A DNA stretch of 64,000 nt from an uncultured Gemmatimonadales bacterium (GCA_963701965.1 OY969695.1:3840001-3904000); one strand, 5' to 3'; positions 19,405 to 29,098 are shown, counted from the first letter of the stretch. The notes: generated by a model from the letters alone, not told the origin. Numbers and translations: made by a program.

Positions 19405-20679
19405 TTAAGATAATTCGACGAGTGCCGAAACTTCGCGCAGTTTCGGCGCGATGACCGGCGCGTCGGGCAGGGCGCCCGCGAGCGCTTCCACGGTCTTGAG
19501 TCCGTTGCCGGTGATGCAGAGGACGACTTCGTCGTCATTGGCGAAGTGTCCGGTCTGGGCCAGCTGAAGGGCCGCCGCGACGGTGGCGCCGCCCGCCGTC
19601 TCGGTGAAGATGCCGGTCGTCTCGGCCAAGAGACGAATGCCCCGCACAATGGCCGCATCGTCGACGGCCGCGCCCCACCCACCGGTGTCGCGCAGCGCCC
19701 GCACGGCGGAGGAGCCGTCGGCGGGATTGCCGATGGCAATCGATCGGGCGATCGTCCGCGGCACTTCGGGCACCAGGACATCGCCTCCGGACTCCAAAAG
19801 GCGCACGATCGGCGCGCACCCGCTCGCCTGCGCGCCGTAGAGGCGGGGCGCCGCGCCGCTGACCAGCCCGGCCTCCGAGAACTCGCGGAATCCCTTGCGC
19901 AGTTTCGTGACCAGCGAGCCACCGGCCATGGGCGCGACGACGGCCGTCGGGGTGCGCCAGCCGAGTTGCTCGATGATCTCGAACGCCATGGTCTTCGACC
20001 CCTCGCCGTAGTATCCGCGCAGATTGACGTTGACGACGCCCCAACCGAAGCGGTCGGCGACCTGCGCGCACAACCGGTTGACATCGTCGTAGGTGCCGCG
20101 AACGCGGACCAGCTTTGGTCCGTAGACCAGTGTGCCGACGATCTTGCCGAGCTCGAGATCGTCGGGCACGAAGATCCACGCCGTGAGCCCGGCGCGCGCC
20201 GCGTGCGCGGCGACGGCGTTGGCCAGATTGCCGGTCGATGCGCACCCAATGGTGTCGAGCCCGAACGCCGCCGCGGCGTTGATGGCCGAGGCGACCACGC
20301 GATCCTTGAACGAGAGCGTCGGATGCGAGACCGCATCGTTCTTGACCCATAGGCGCTCGACACCGAGCGCCCGCGCCAGCGCGGGGGCCTCCACGAGCGG
20401 GGTGAATCCGGAGTCGAGCGATCGGGTGGGCTGGCCGGTGAACGGCAGCCACTCCCGATAGCGCCACAGCGAGGGTTCGCGCGCTCCGATGATCGCCCGG
20501 TCGGGAATGATGCGCGGTCCGTCGAGATCGTACGCGGGCTCGAGCGGACCCAGGCAGTGTTCGCAGATCGCAATGGGTGCCGGATCGAACACGGCGCGGC
20601 AGTGCACGCAGATCTGGGGGAGCGCCTTCAGCGAGGCCGCGGCGGCCTCGGGAAAGGGGAATGTGACTGATGCGGTCAT
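19405..20679 (-). CDS. Threonine-synthase-like fold-type II PLP enzyme (probably sulfur-incorporating)
   Basis: N-terminal CxxC/CxxC, PLP Lys motif PTLSFKDR, ASTGNLA, EGSKTMAFEI, ETAGG, ITGNGLKT. Confidence 0.88.
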   Translation of the reverse strand: MTASVTFPFPEAAAASLKALPQICVHCRAVFDPAPIAICEHCLGPLEPAYDLDGPRIIPDRAIIGAREPSLWRYREWLPFTGQPTRSLDSGFTPLVEAPALARALGVERLWVKNDAVSHPTLSFKDRVVASAINAAAAFGLDTIGCASTGNLANAVAAHAARAGLTAWIFVPDDLELGKIVGTLVYGPKLVRVRGTYDDVNRLCAQVADRFGWGVVNVNLRGYYGEGSKTMAFEIIEQLGWRTPTAVVAPMAGGSLVTKLRKGFREFSEAGLVSGAAPRLYGAQASGCAPIVRLLESGGDVLVPEVPRTIARSIAIGNPADGSSAVRALRDTGGWGAAVDDAAIVRGIRLLAETTGIFTETAGGATVAAALQLAQTGHFANDDEVVLCITGNGLKTVEALAGALPDAPVIAPKLREVSALVELS

Positions 20680-20745
20680 ACTGGAGTTCTCCCGCCCCGC
20701 TGACCGAAGCTTTTCGGCGCCGGGAAAAGAAAACGTCCCCGGCGC

Positions 20746-20775
20746 AAAAAAGGCCGCAGGACGCGGGGGCTTTTT
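20746..20775 (-). terminator. Terminator-like hairpin with U6 tract directly after the aptamer
   Basis: Minus strand reads AAAAAGCCC-CCGC-GUCCU-GCGG-CC-UUUUUU. The stem is short. Confidence 0.5.
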
Positions 20776-20821
20776 AGCGACTTGTTTAACGTGGCTGCAA
20801 TACGCCGTAACTCACCACGTG
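20770..20821 (-). ncRNA. SAM-II (SAM_alpha-like) riboswitch aptamer
   Basis: Minus strand reads ACGUGGUGAGUUACGGCGUAUUGCAGCCACGUUAAACAAGUCGCUAAAAAG. P1 is ACGUGG/CCACGU, the pseudoknot pairs UUGC with GCUAA, and the hallmark UUGCAGCCACGUUAAACAAGUCGCUAAA is present. Lies 5' of a sulfur operon. Confidence 0.85.
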
Positions 20822-20838
20822 CGGACAATTGTGCAGCT

Positions 20839-20868
20839 AGTGTAATCACACCGGAGCACCGCGCGCAA
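20839..20868 (-). promoter_or_regulatory. Candidate sigma70 promoter for the riboswitch-led operon
   Basis: TTGCGC-N18-TACACT on the minus strand, just upstream of the aptamer. Confidence 0.35.
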
Positions 20869-20886
20869 GGGGTTAGCTTTCTCGAT

Positions 20887-21840
20887 ATGCCGCGCATCGA
20901 TGCATCGATCGGACGGACGCCCATGGTGCGACTCGAGCGTGTGGTCGAGCCGGGCATGGGCGATGTGTGGGTCAAGCTCGAGGGCATGAACCCGGGCGGC
21001 TCGATCAAGGACCGCACAGCGCTGGGCATGGTGCGCGACGCCGAAGCGCGCGGCCTGCTGGAGCCGGGCGGCCGCATCGTCGAGCCGACGTCCGGCAACA
21101 CCGGCATTGGGCTGGCGCAGGTGGCATCGGCGCGCGGCTATGCGCTCACGCTCTGTATCCCATCCTCCATGAGCGAGGAGCGGCTGCGCACGCTGCAGGC
21201 CTACGGTGCCGAGATCGTCCTCACCGACCCCGAGCGACGCATGCTCGCGGCCATCGAAGAGGCGGAGAAGATCCGGGACATCACGGGCGCGTGGATGCCG
21301 AACCAGTTCGCGAATCCGGCGAATCCGCGCATCCACTATGAGACCACGGGCCCCGAGATCTGGGACCAAATGGACACCGCCGTCAATGCGTTCGTCTACG
21401 GATCGGGGACCGGGGGCACGATCAGCGGGGTCGGGCGCTTTCTCAAGGAGCGCCGCCCCGGTGCCATCGTCATCGCGGTGGAGCCGGCGCGCTCGCCGGT
21501 GCTGTCGGGCGGCCAGCGGGGCAAGCACCAATTCCAGGGGATGGGGCCGGGATTCGTGCCGCCCAACTTCGACCGTCGGGTGGTGGATCGCGTCATCCGC
21601 GTGTGGGAGGAGGACGCCTTTCCGCTGGCCCGCCGCCTGGCCCGCGAAGAGGGGGTGTTCGTCGGGATGTCCAGCGGCGCCATCATCTGGGCCGCCATTC
21701 AGGTGGCGCGCGAGCTCGGTCCGCGCGCCCGCGTCGCCTGCATCGCGCCGGACTCGGGCGCGCGCTACTTGACGACGGCGCTCTTCGAGCCGGTCACGAC
21801 ACTTTCCGAGTCTTTTTGCGTAGGAAGTCCATCAGAATGA
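20887..21840 (+). CDS. cysK: Cysteine synthase family PLP enzyme
   Basis: IGRTPMV, NPGGSIKDR, EPTSGNTG, QFANPAN, GTGGT, GMSSGA, PDSGARYL. Confidence 0.85.
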   Translation: MPRIDASIGRTPMVRLERVVEPGMGDVWVKLEGMNPGGSIKDRTALGMVRDAEARGLLEPGGRIVEPTSGNTGIGLAQVASARGYALTLCIPSSMSEERLRTLQAYGAEIVLTDPERRMLAAIEEAEKIRDITGAWMPNQFANPANPRIHYETTGPEIWDQMDTAVNAFVYGSGTGGTISGVGRFLKERRPGAIVIAVEPARSPVLSGGQRGKHQFQGMGPGFVPPNFDRRVVDRVIRVWEEDAFPLARRLAREEGVFVGMSSGAIIWAAIQVARELGPRARVACIAPDSGARYLTTALFEPVTTLSESFCVGSPSE

Positions 21841-23074
21841 ATTGGCCCAGGGTCATCGTGTTCGTGAAGTAGGCTTTGCCGCGCGAGATCTCGGACACGC
21901 GCTTCACGAAATCGACCAATGCCCGGTCGCGGGCCAACATGAACGTGTTGATCATCACGCCGGCTTTCCGGCACAGCGCCACTTCCTTGAGCGTGTGGGC
22001 GATGACCGTCGCGTCGAGCCCCATCGAATTCTTGTAGATCTGCCCATTGGGCATCGTGAGCGCGCTGGGCTTGCCGTCGGTGATCATGACGATCTGCCGC
22101 ATGTCCTTCTTCTGCGACAAGAGCAGCCGCCGCGCGAGCTTGAACCCCTCGGCGGTGTTCGTGTGATAGGGTCCGACCTGGGCGTGCGCCAGGCGCGCCA
22201 GCGGGATCTCCTCGGCCGAGTCATGAAACAGAATGACCCGGATGGTATCGCCGGGGAACTGCGTCCGAATGAGATGCGTCAGCGCCAACGCGACTTTCTT
22301 GGCCGGCGTGAACCGGTCTTCGCCGTAGAGGATCATCGAGTGCGATGTGTCGAGCATCAACACGGTCGCGCACGACGAGCGATACTCGGCCTGGCGCACC
22401 ATGAGATCGCCGTAGTCCAGGTCCATGGGGACCTCGATCCGGCCGGTGCGGGCCAGCGAGCGCTTCAACGTTTCGTTGACGTCAATGTTGAGCACGTCGC
22501 CGAACTCATACGGCTTGCTGAAGCCGTCGGCTTCGATGCCCGTCGCCAGGTACGGCGTCTCGTGACTTCCGAAACTCGACTTGCCGAGCGATCCCAGAAT
22601 GCCGCGCAACGTCTTGTAGCCCAGGAAGTCGATGCCCTTCTCGGTCAGATTGAACTGCACGTCCTTGGACGCGGCGTGGGCCAAGCCACCCTTGCCGGTC
22701 ACGGGCTGCTGCGTCCCCGGCATCTGCGGCGGCGCGTCGATATTCAGATAGCCCTCGGCCGCCATCCGCTGCACAAGATCATCCAGCAGCTGGGCCAGCT
22801 TGGCCTGGGACTCCTCGTCGCCCTCGCCCCGCAGGGCCTCCAGCATCTCCGGCGTGAACTGGCCGCTCTCCACGAGCGCATTCAGGATCGCTTCCTTGAG
22901 CGCGTCCAGCGAGCGGTCCGCCTCGTCGCCGAAGTCGCCCCAGTAGGGGCTCGACTGGCGGCCGCCGGCGAAACCGGACTGCAGGAGGAAATCGGCCAAC
23001 TTGTCGAGCAACGCCTGCAGGTCAATGGCGTCGGCGGATTCGGGACTGAATTTCTGGTACGTGTGAAAGCGCAT
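21794..23074 (-). CDS. VWA domain protein (partner of a chelatase-like AAA+ ATPase)
   Basis: [24 protein letters not shown]. Confidence 0.88.
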   Translation of the reverse strand: MRFHTYQKFSPESADAIDLQALLDKLADFLLQSGFAGGRQSSPYWGDFGDEADRSLDALKEAILNALVESGQFTPEMLEALRGEGDEESQAKLAQLLDDLVQRMAAEGYLNIDAPPQMPGTQQPVTGKGGLAHAASKDVQFNLTEKGIDFLGYKTLRGILGSLGKSSFGSHETPYLATGIEADGFSKPYEFGDVLNIDVNETLKRSLARTGRIEVPMDLDYGDLMVRQAEYRSSCATVLMLDTSHSMILYGEDRFTPAKKVALALTHLIRTQFPGDTIRVILFHDSAEEIPLARLAHAQVGPYHTNTAEGFKLARRLLLSQKKDMRQIVMITDGKPSALTMPNGQIYKNSMGLDATVIAHTLKEVALCRKAGVMINTFMLARDRALVDFVKRVSEISRGKAYFTNTMTLGQFILMDFLRKKTRKVS

Positions 23075-23111
23075 CGTATCTGTCCCCCCAACTCAATATA
23101 ATCATGGCGTC

Positions 23112-24341
23112 ATGGTCTCGACTGCCCGGTCCCTGAATCCGTTTCGCACGCTGATCGCCCATCGCAATTTCCGGATTTTCTGGATCGGGCAGACGCTGTC
23201 GCTCATGGGCACCTGGATGCAGACCATGGCCCAGGGGTGGCTGGCGCTCCAGCTGTCGAACAGCGCCTTCATCGTCGGCCTGGTCAGCGCCATCGGCTCC
23301 CTGCCGATCCTGGTCCTCTCCCTGCCGGCGGGCGTCGTGACCGACCGCGTACGCAAGCTGACGCTGGTCACGATCTGCCAGTCGCTGCTGCTGGTCGAGG
23401 CCACGTTGTTGTGGGCCTTTACGGCGACCAATCGCATTACGATCGCCCTGCTCCTGACCCTCGCCGCCTTCAACGGCATCGCCAGCGCCTTTGAGATCCC
23501 GGCCCGCCAAAGCCTGATGATCGACCTGGTGGGCCGGGACGACCTGCACGACGCCATCGCGCTCAACTCCAGCGGGTTCAATCTCGCCCGCATCATCGGC
23601 CCGGCCCTGGGCGCGCTCGTCTTGGCGGCGTTCGGGATCCAATGGTGCTTTCTCCTGAACGCCGTGAGTTACTTGGCGGTCTTGGCCGGCCTGTTCATGA
23701 TCCGGCTCCCCAAGTGGGTGACGCCGGCGTCGCTCCCGTCGCCGCTCGCCGGCCTGCGCGAGGGCCTGGAGTACATGGTCCACACGCCCGAGATCGCCAA
23801 GCTGATGCAGATCGTCACCGTTTACGCCATCTGCGGCATCCCCTATCTGACTCTCATGCCGGTCGTGGCCCGCGATCTCCTTCGCGCCGGGGCCGGCGGC
23901 TACGGGCTGCTGCTGGCCTGCGTCGGCATTGGTGGCCTGGCGGGCGCGCTGTTTCTGGCGGCGGTGGGGCAGCGATACCGCCGCGGCCGCCTGCTCGAAG
24001 TCTCGAGTTACGGCTACGCGATCCTGTTGATCGCGTTCTCGCTGTCGCGCTCGGAGTGGCTCTCGCGGGCCCTCCTCCTCGGCGTCGGTTTCGCGATGAT
24101 CATGAACGGGGCGCTCGCCAACGGGCTGCTGCAGTCCCTGGTCCCTGATGCCCTCCGCGGCCGCCTCATGTCCGTGTACTCGCTCATCGCCGTAGGCGTC
24201 GCCCAGGTCGTGGGCTCGTTCGTCGCGGGATCCGTGGCCCATGCCGTGGGGGTCGACTGGGCGATCGGCGGCGCGGCTGCCCTGATGCTCGTCTACGCGA
24301 TCTACGCCTTCGGCAAGTCGCCGGAGATGCGCCGGTTGTAG
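23112..24341 (+). CDS. MFS transporter
   Basis: About 12 TM helices, FWIGQTLSLMGTWMQ, AGVVTDR, PARQS, LRGRLMS. Confidence 0.9.
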   Translation: MVSTARSLNPFRTLIAHRNFRIFWIGQTLSLMGTWMQTMAQGWLALQLSNSAFIVGLVSAIGSLPILVLSLPAGVVTDRVRKLTLVTICQSLLLVEATLLWAFTATNRITIALLLTLAAFNGIASAFEIPARQSLMIDLVGRDDLHDAIALNSSGFNLARIIGPALGALVLAAFGIQWCFLLNAVSYLAVLAGLFMIRLPKWVTPASLPSPLAGLREGLEYMVHTPEIAKLMQIVTVYAICGIPYLTLMPVVARDLLRAGAGGYGLLLACVGIGGLAGALFLAAVGQRYRRGRLLEVSSYGYAILLIAFSLSRSEWLSRALLLGVGFAMIMNGALANGLLQSLVPDALRGRLMSVYSLIAVGVAQVVGSFVAGSVAHAVGVDWAIGGAAALMLVYAIYAFGKSPEMRRL

Positions 24342-24988
24342 ACGGGCGTCAGCCGGTCCGGCGTGAGCGAGGGGAACTGCAAGCGGGCCGCCCGGGCGAT
24401 CATCTGGGCGGCGCCCTCGACGCCGAGCCACTCCGTGTTCAAGCACATGTGGTAGTTCTCGGGGGCCCGCCAGTCGCGATTGTAGAATCGCTTGATCGAC
24501 TGCGCCCGCTGATGATTCACGGTATCGACCCGCCGCTCGGCCTCGACCGTCGTCAGGCCTTCGCGCGCGATGACGCGCCGCACCAGGGCGCCCCGGGGAG
24601 CATAGCAGAACACGTGGATGGCGTCTTCCCGCTCGGCCAGCGTCACTTGGGCGCCCCGCCCGACGACCACTACGGGTCCCTTCGCCACCGAATCCTCGAT
24701 GACGCGGCGCGTCACCGCGATCAGCCGCTCCGATACCGGCAACACGTACTCGCCCGTGACCGACTGCACTTCGGGTGCGCTCATCGCCAGGGCATCGCTC
24801 ACCCGCGCCGTGAGCGAAGGGACGCGTTCCTCCCGGGCCCGGACCTCGTCGACCGGAATCCCCAGACGCTGCGCGACCAGATTGACCAGGTCGTCGTCGA
24901 GCAGCGTCCATCCCAAGAGCGCCGCCGTGCGCGCCGCGACGTCGGAACCGCCCGATCCGAAGAGCCGGGATATCGTGACGATAGGCAT
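24302..24988 (-). CDS. Cytidylate kinase-like family protein
   Basis: IVTISRLFGSGG, VVVVGRGA, YHMCLNT. Confidence 0.82.
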   Translation of the reverse strand: MPIVTISRLFGSGGSDVAARTAALLGWTLLDDDLVNLVAQRLGIPVDEVRAREERVPSLTARVSDALAMSAPEVQSVTGEYVLPVSERLIAVTRRVIEDSVAKGPVVVVGRGAQVTLAEREDAIHVFCYAPRGALVRRVIAREGLTTVEAERRVDTVNHQRAQSIKRFYNRDWRAPENYHMCLNTEWLGVEGAAQMIARAARLQFPSLTPDRLTPVYNRRISGDLPKA

Positions 24989-24993
24989 GGTGC

Positions 24994-25464
24994 TCAGCGC
25001 TTGACCGGCCGTACGCGCAAATGCTCGACGACCTCGAATCCCAGTGCATCCCAGGCGCGGTTGGCGGCATCGCCGTCGGCGACACTATGCAATCGAAACT
25101 CCTCGAGCCCGGTCTCTCGGGCCCACGCCTCGGCGCGCTCGATCAGGGCCGAGAGCACGCCCGTGCGCCGTTCCGCGGGCAGGACGTAGACGGAGGAGAC
25201 GTACGCATAGTGCTCGGGCATGAGGAGCGGCGATCCCGACGACTCGACGCACCGCAGAATGCCGACCGCCTGACCGTCCCGCTCGGCCAGGAAGGTGATC
25301 TCACCCGGTGAGTCCAATTGCCGCGCGAACAGCTTCCGCGCCCGCGCCGTCAGGTCGGGCGCTACCTGCCGGTAGATCGGGTTCGACCCGTGCTCGCGGA
25401 GGAGCGCCAGGCGGAGCGCGACCACCGCGTCCAGATCGCCCAGCGTCGCGGGGCGGACGCCCAA
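24994..25464 (-). CDS. GNAT family acetyltransferase
   Basis: VRPATLGD, VYVLPAERRTGV, WDALGF. Start uncertain (TTG at 25464). Confidence 0.75.
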   Translation of the reverse strand: MGVRPATLGDLDAVVALRLALLREHGSNPIYRQVAPDLTARARKLFARQLDSPGEITFLAERDGQAVGILRCVESSGSPLLMPEHYAYVSSVYVLPAERRTGVLSALIERAEAWARETGLEEFRLHSVADGDAANRAWDALGFEVVEHLRVRPVKR

Positions 25465-25498
25465 GAGGGGTCTGGGGAGCGTCGCCCCAGTCCCCTCC

Positions 25499-26968
25499 CT
25501 ACGCCGAGAGGCCACCGCCGAACATGTCCTGGCCGGGCCGCCGCCGCTGTTCCTGCACGGCGCGGCCGTACTGTCCGGCGTCCGACCGCGAGATCTTCCG
25601 GCGGGCGACCAACGCTTCCAATACCAACTCGCCGGCCGCTGTCGCGAACGGTAGATCGCCGCGCGACGCGAGGCCGCTGTCGCGCACCACGCGCAACAAC
25701 CCCGGCACGGTCTCGAATCCCTTGTGGATCGTCTCCGTGGACACGTCATCCGAGACTTGGAGCGCGCCGCCGGCGTCGAACCACATTACGATCTCGTCGG
25801 TATTGATGCCGCCCGCGCGTTCTTTGAACGTCGCGTCCGACGCGCGCCGAATCAGCTCGCGCGCGATCGCCTGTCCGCCCACCAGCTCGCCCTCGTATTC
25901 CAACTCGATCTTGCCGGTGATGGCGGGGAGCGCGGCGTAAATGTCGGCGATCCGGGGCACGATCTCGTCCTCCCCGGCCTCCAAGGCCCGCCGCTCGGCG
26001 TTGGACACCACGTTCTCCAGTACCGAGATCGGGAGCCGTTGCGAGACGCCCGAGCGCCGGTCGATGCGCTTGTCGGACCGGGCCTCGAACGCGATCCGTT
26101 CGATTACCTCGGCGATGAAATCCGGAATCCGGACCCGCGCACCGCGAGCGGTCCACGCTTCTTGGGCCGTGATGGTGACACCGAGCGCGACCGTCTCCGG
26201 ATAGTGCGTGATGATCTCGCTGCCGATCCGATCCTTGAGCGGCGTGATGATCTTGCCGCGCGCCGTGTAGTCCTCGGGGTTGGCCGTGAAACAGAGCTCG
26301 ACATCCAGTGGCAGGCGCACCGGGTAGCCTTTGATCTGGACATCGCCCTCCTGCATGATGTTGAACAGGCCAACCTGGACTTTGCCCGCCAGATCGGGCA
26401 ACTCATTGAGGGCGAAGATCGCGCGATTGGCGCGGGGCAGCATCCCGTAGTGAATCGTGAGCTCGTCGGACAGCAGGTGTCCGCCGCGCGCGGCCTTGAT
26501 CGGATCGAGGTCGCCGATGATGTCGGCGATCGTGACGTCCGGCGTGGCCAGTTTCTCCACGTACCGCGACGACCGGTCGAGCCAGGCGACGGGCGTGTCG
26601 TCGCCCGCCTCGGTCAACAAGGCGCGGGCGTATTTCGAGATCGGCGCGAACGGATTGTCGTTCACTTCGCTGCCGGCCACGATGGGCATGGCGTCGTCCA
26701 GCAACGTGGTCAGCGCCCGCAGGATGCGCGATTTGGCCTGACCGCGGAGACCCAGCAAAATGAAGTTGTGCCGGGAGAGGATGGCGTTGACCATCTGCGG
26801 CATGACGGTTTCTTCGTAGCCGATCACGCCGGGGAAAAGCGGCCCGCGGCAGGCGAGCCGGGCGAGCAGATTTTGGCGCAGCTCGTCCTTGACCGATCGG
26901 CGGGCTCGTTCGGGAGTGCCGAACGGCGACGCCTTGAGTGCGCCGAGCGTTTCGGGCAATGGCGACAA
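25499..26968 (-). CDS. Mg-chelatase/MoxR-like AAA+ ATPase
   Basis: GLRGQAKS, EKLATPD, IGDLDPIK, ANRAIFALNELPDL, TANPEDYT, LKDRIGSEI. Confidence 0.88.
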   Translation of the reverse strand: MSPLPETLGALKASPFGTPERARRSVKDELRQNLLARLACRGPLFPGVIGYEETVMPQMVNAILSRHNFILLGLRGQAKSRILRALTTLLDDAMPIVAGSEVNDNPFAPISKYARALLTEAGDDTPVAWLDRSSRYVEKLATPDVTIADIIGDLDPIKAARGGHLLSDELTIHYGMLPRANRAIFALNELPDLAGKVQVGLFNIMQEGDVQIKGYPVRLPLDVELCFTANPEDYTARGKIITPLKDRIGSEIITHYPETVALGVTITAQEAWTARGARVRIPDFIAEVIERIAFEARSDKRIDRRSGVSQRLPISVLENVVSNAERRALEAGEDEIVPRIADIYAALPAITGKIELEYEGELVGGQAIARELIRRASDATFKERAGGINTDEIVMWFDAGGALQVSDDVSTETIHKGFETVPGLLRVVRDSGLASRGDLPFATAAGELVLEALVARRKISRSDAGQYGRAVQEQRRRPGQDMFGGGLSA

Positions 26969-27031
26969 GTCAAATCTCCAGAGAATGACGAGAGTCTTCT
27001 ATCGGTACAACACCGGCGCCAGGGCGGAAGT

Positions 27032-29098
27032 TCAGCCCGCCGGTGAGACCTCGACCAGGTTGTCGTAGAATACCGGCCCGTGCCCGAGATCGGTCTCCAA
27101 TTGTGATGTTGTCGCGTTCGCGTTCTGCCCATCGCTGGTGTACTTGCCCCACCACACCGACGGTGCCCACACCACGCCGGGTCGCACGCTCTCCACGACT
27201 TTGGCCCGCGCGGTGAACTGGCCGCGGTCATTGTGGACGACCACGAGGTCGCCATCGGCGATGGCCCGTGGCGCCGCGTCCGTGGGGTGCACGTGGCATT
27301 CCGGTTCCGCGTTCCGCCGGAGCGTCGGCACGTTGACGAACGATGAATTCAGGAACTGGTGCCGCGGTGAAGAGATGAGCGTGAGCGGAAAGCGGGCCGC
27401 CAACGCCGGCGACCGCTCCACCGATTCGCGCGGCGGCGTGTACGTCGGCACGGGATCGAGGCCCAGCGCGGCCATGCGCTCCGAATACAGCTCGCACTTC
27501 CCGCTGGGGCTCGGAAACCCTCCTTCGGCGTACGGCAGATATGGCCGCGGTACATCGAGCCGCACCCAGCCCCGCTCCATGAGGGTCTCAAAGGTTACCG
27601 TCGCCATGCGCGGATTGGCCGAAGCCAACGCCTGGCGAATGATGGTCAGGTCGTCGTCGGCCAGCGCTGGGTGCGTCAACCCCATACGGGACGCGATCAG
27701 GCGGAAGATCTCGCTGTTCGGCTTGCTCTCGCCCAGGGGAGCGATCGCCGGACGGTTGAGCGACGCGTAGAAATGGCCGTAGGCGTAGTGAAGGTCCCAG
27801 TGTTCCAGCTGGGTAGTCGCCGGCAACACCACATCCGCATAGTCCGCGGTATCGGTCTGGAAGTGTTCCAGCACGACCGTAAAGAGATCGTCGCGCCGGA
27901 GCCCCGCGAGGACGGCGTTGCGATCCGGATTGACCGAGCCAGGATTGCAGTTGTACACGATCAAGGCCCGGACCGGCGGTCCGCCTACCCCCGCGTCCGG
28001 GCTGGTCAACGCCTCCCCGAGGTGCGTCATGTTGATCGTTCGCACCGGTGGGGAGAGATCCGGGCGCTCCAGCGCCGCGCGGTTGAACGCGAACGCGCCG
28101 CTCGTCGAGAGTTGGACGCCGCCACCGGGGCGGCGCCAGTGCCCGGTGACCGCCGGCAGGCAGGCAATGGTCCGGACCGCCATCCCGCCGCCCGCATGCC
28201 GTTGGAGGCCGTAATTCACCCGGATGAAGGCCGCCCGGGCCTGTCCATATCGCCTGCCCAACGCGACGATCTGCTCCGGCGCGAGCCCCGTATGCCGCGC
28301 CACGATCTCCGGCGGGTACTCCTGGGCACGCGCGCGCAGCGCCCCGGCGCCGATCGTGTAGCGATCCAGGTAGTCCGCGTCCTCCAGGTGCTCGGCGAAG
28401 ATCACGTGCATCATCCCGAGCGCCAGGGCGGCATCGGCGCCGGGACGGATCGGCAGCCACTCGTCGCACTGGGCGGCCGTGCGCGTGCGGAGCGGGTCGA
28501 TGCAAATGATCGGCGCGCCCCGCCGCCGCGCTTCCAGCACGAACGGCCAGAGGTGGGGATTGGACGTCAGCGTGTTGGTCCCCCACAACAGCACGAGATC
28601 GCTGTCGGGGATCCCTTCGGAATCGGCGCCAAGGTTGGCGCCGAGGGTCATTTTCATGGCCTGCGCGCCGGCCTCGGAGCAAATCGTGCGGTCCAGTTTG
28701 GACGCGCCCAGCAGATGGAAAAAGCGGTGGTCCATGGCGCTCCCCTGGACCAGCCCCATGGTGCCGGCATACGAGTAGGGAAGGATCGCCTGCGGTCCGT
28801 CACTGGATCGCGCGATGGCCGTCAGTCGCCCGGCGATCTCGTCCAGGGCGTCATCCCACGTGATCGGGGTGAACGTCCCGGTGCCCTTTGGCCCGGTGCG
28901 CCGGAGGGGCGTCCGGAGGCGTCCATCATCGTACGTGCGCTCCACATACCGATTCACCTTGGCGCATAAAAAGCCCTGGGTGAACGGGTGGCTTGGATCG
29001 CCCGCGATAGACACGGCCCGACCGTCTACGACCGTGGTCAGTGTCGCGCACGTGTCCGGGCAGTCGTGGGGGCACGCGCCACGAACGATCGTCGTCAT
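27032..29098 (-). CDS. Molybdopterin oxidoreductase (DMSO reductase superfamily, cytoplasmic)
   Basis: ACPHDCPDTC...LCAK Fe-S motif, TDTADYADVVLPAT, PSGKCELYS, C-terminal MGD-binding domain. No Tat signal. Confidence 0.9.
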   Translation of the reverse strand: MTTIVRGACPHDCPDTCATLTTVVDGRAVSIAGDPSHPFTQGFLCAKVNRYVERTYDDGRLRTPLRRTGPKGTGTFTPITWDDALDEIAGRLTAIARSSDGPQAILPYSYAGTMGLVQGSAMDHRFFHLLGASKLDRTICSEAGAQAMKMTLGANLGADSEGIPDSDLVLLWGTNTLTSNPHLWPFVLEARRRGAPIICIDPLRTRTAAQCDEWLPIRPGADAALALGMMHVIFAEHLEDADYLDRYTIGAGALRARAQEYPPEIVARHTGLAPEQIVALGRRYGQARAAFIRVNYGLQRHAGGGMAVRTIACLPAVTGHWRRPGGGVQLSTSGAFAFNRAALERPDLSPPVRTINMTHLGEALTSPDAGVGGPPVRALIVYNCNPGSVNPDRNAVLAGLRRDDLFTVVLEHFQTDTADYADVVLPATTQLEHWDLHYAYGHFYASLNRPAIAPLGESKPNSEIFRLIASRMGLTHPALADDDLTIIRQALASANPRMATVTFETLMERGWVRLDVPRPYLPYAEGGFPSPSGKCELYSERMAALGLDPVPTYTPPRESVERSPALAARFPLTLISSPRHQFLNSSFVNVPTLRRNAEPECHVHPTDAAPRAIADGDLVVVHNDRGQFTARAKVVESVRPGVVWAPSVWWGKYTSDGQNANATTSQLETDLGHGPVFYDNLVEVSPAG

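Noticed and set aside
19113..20573. 486-aa ORF ending in the sulfur carrier, suggesting a fusion
   Set aside because: The upstream part is an off-frame shadow of the ThrC-like gene. The carrier has its own AAGGA RBS and ATG at 19388.
25464..25500. GGAGG with no nearby in-frame ATG/GTG before the GNAT gene (possible fourth frameshift)
   Set aside because: An in-frame TTG is available, and I cannot show an indel without homologs.
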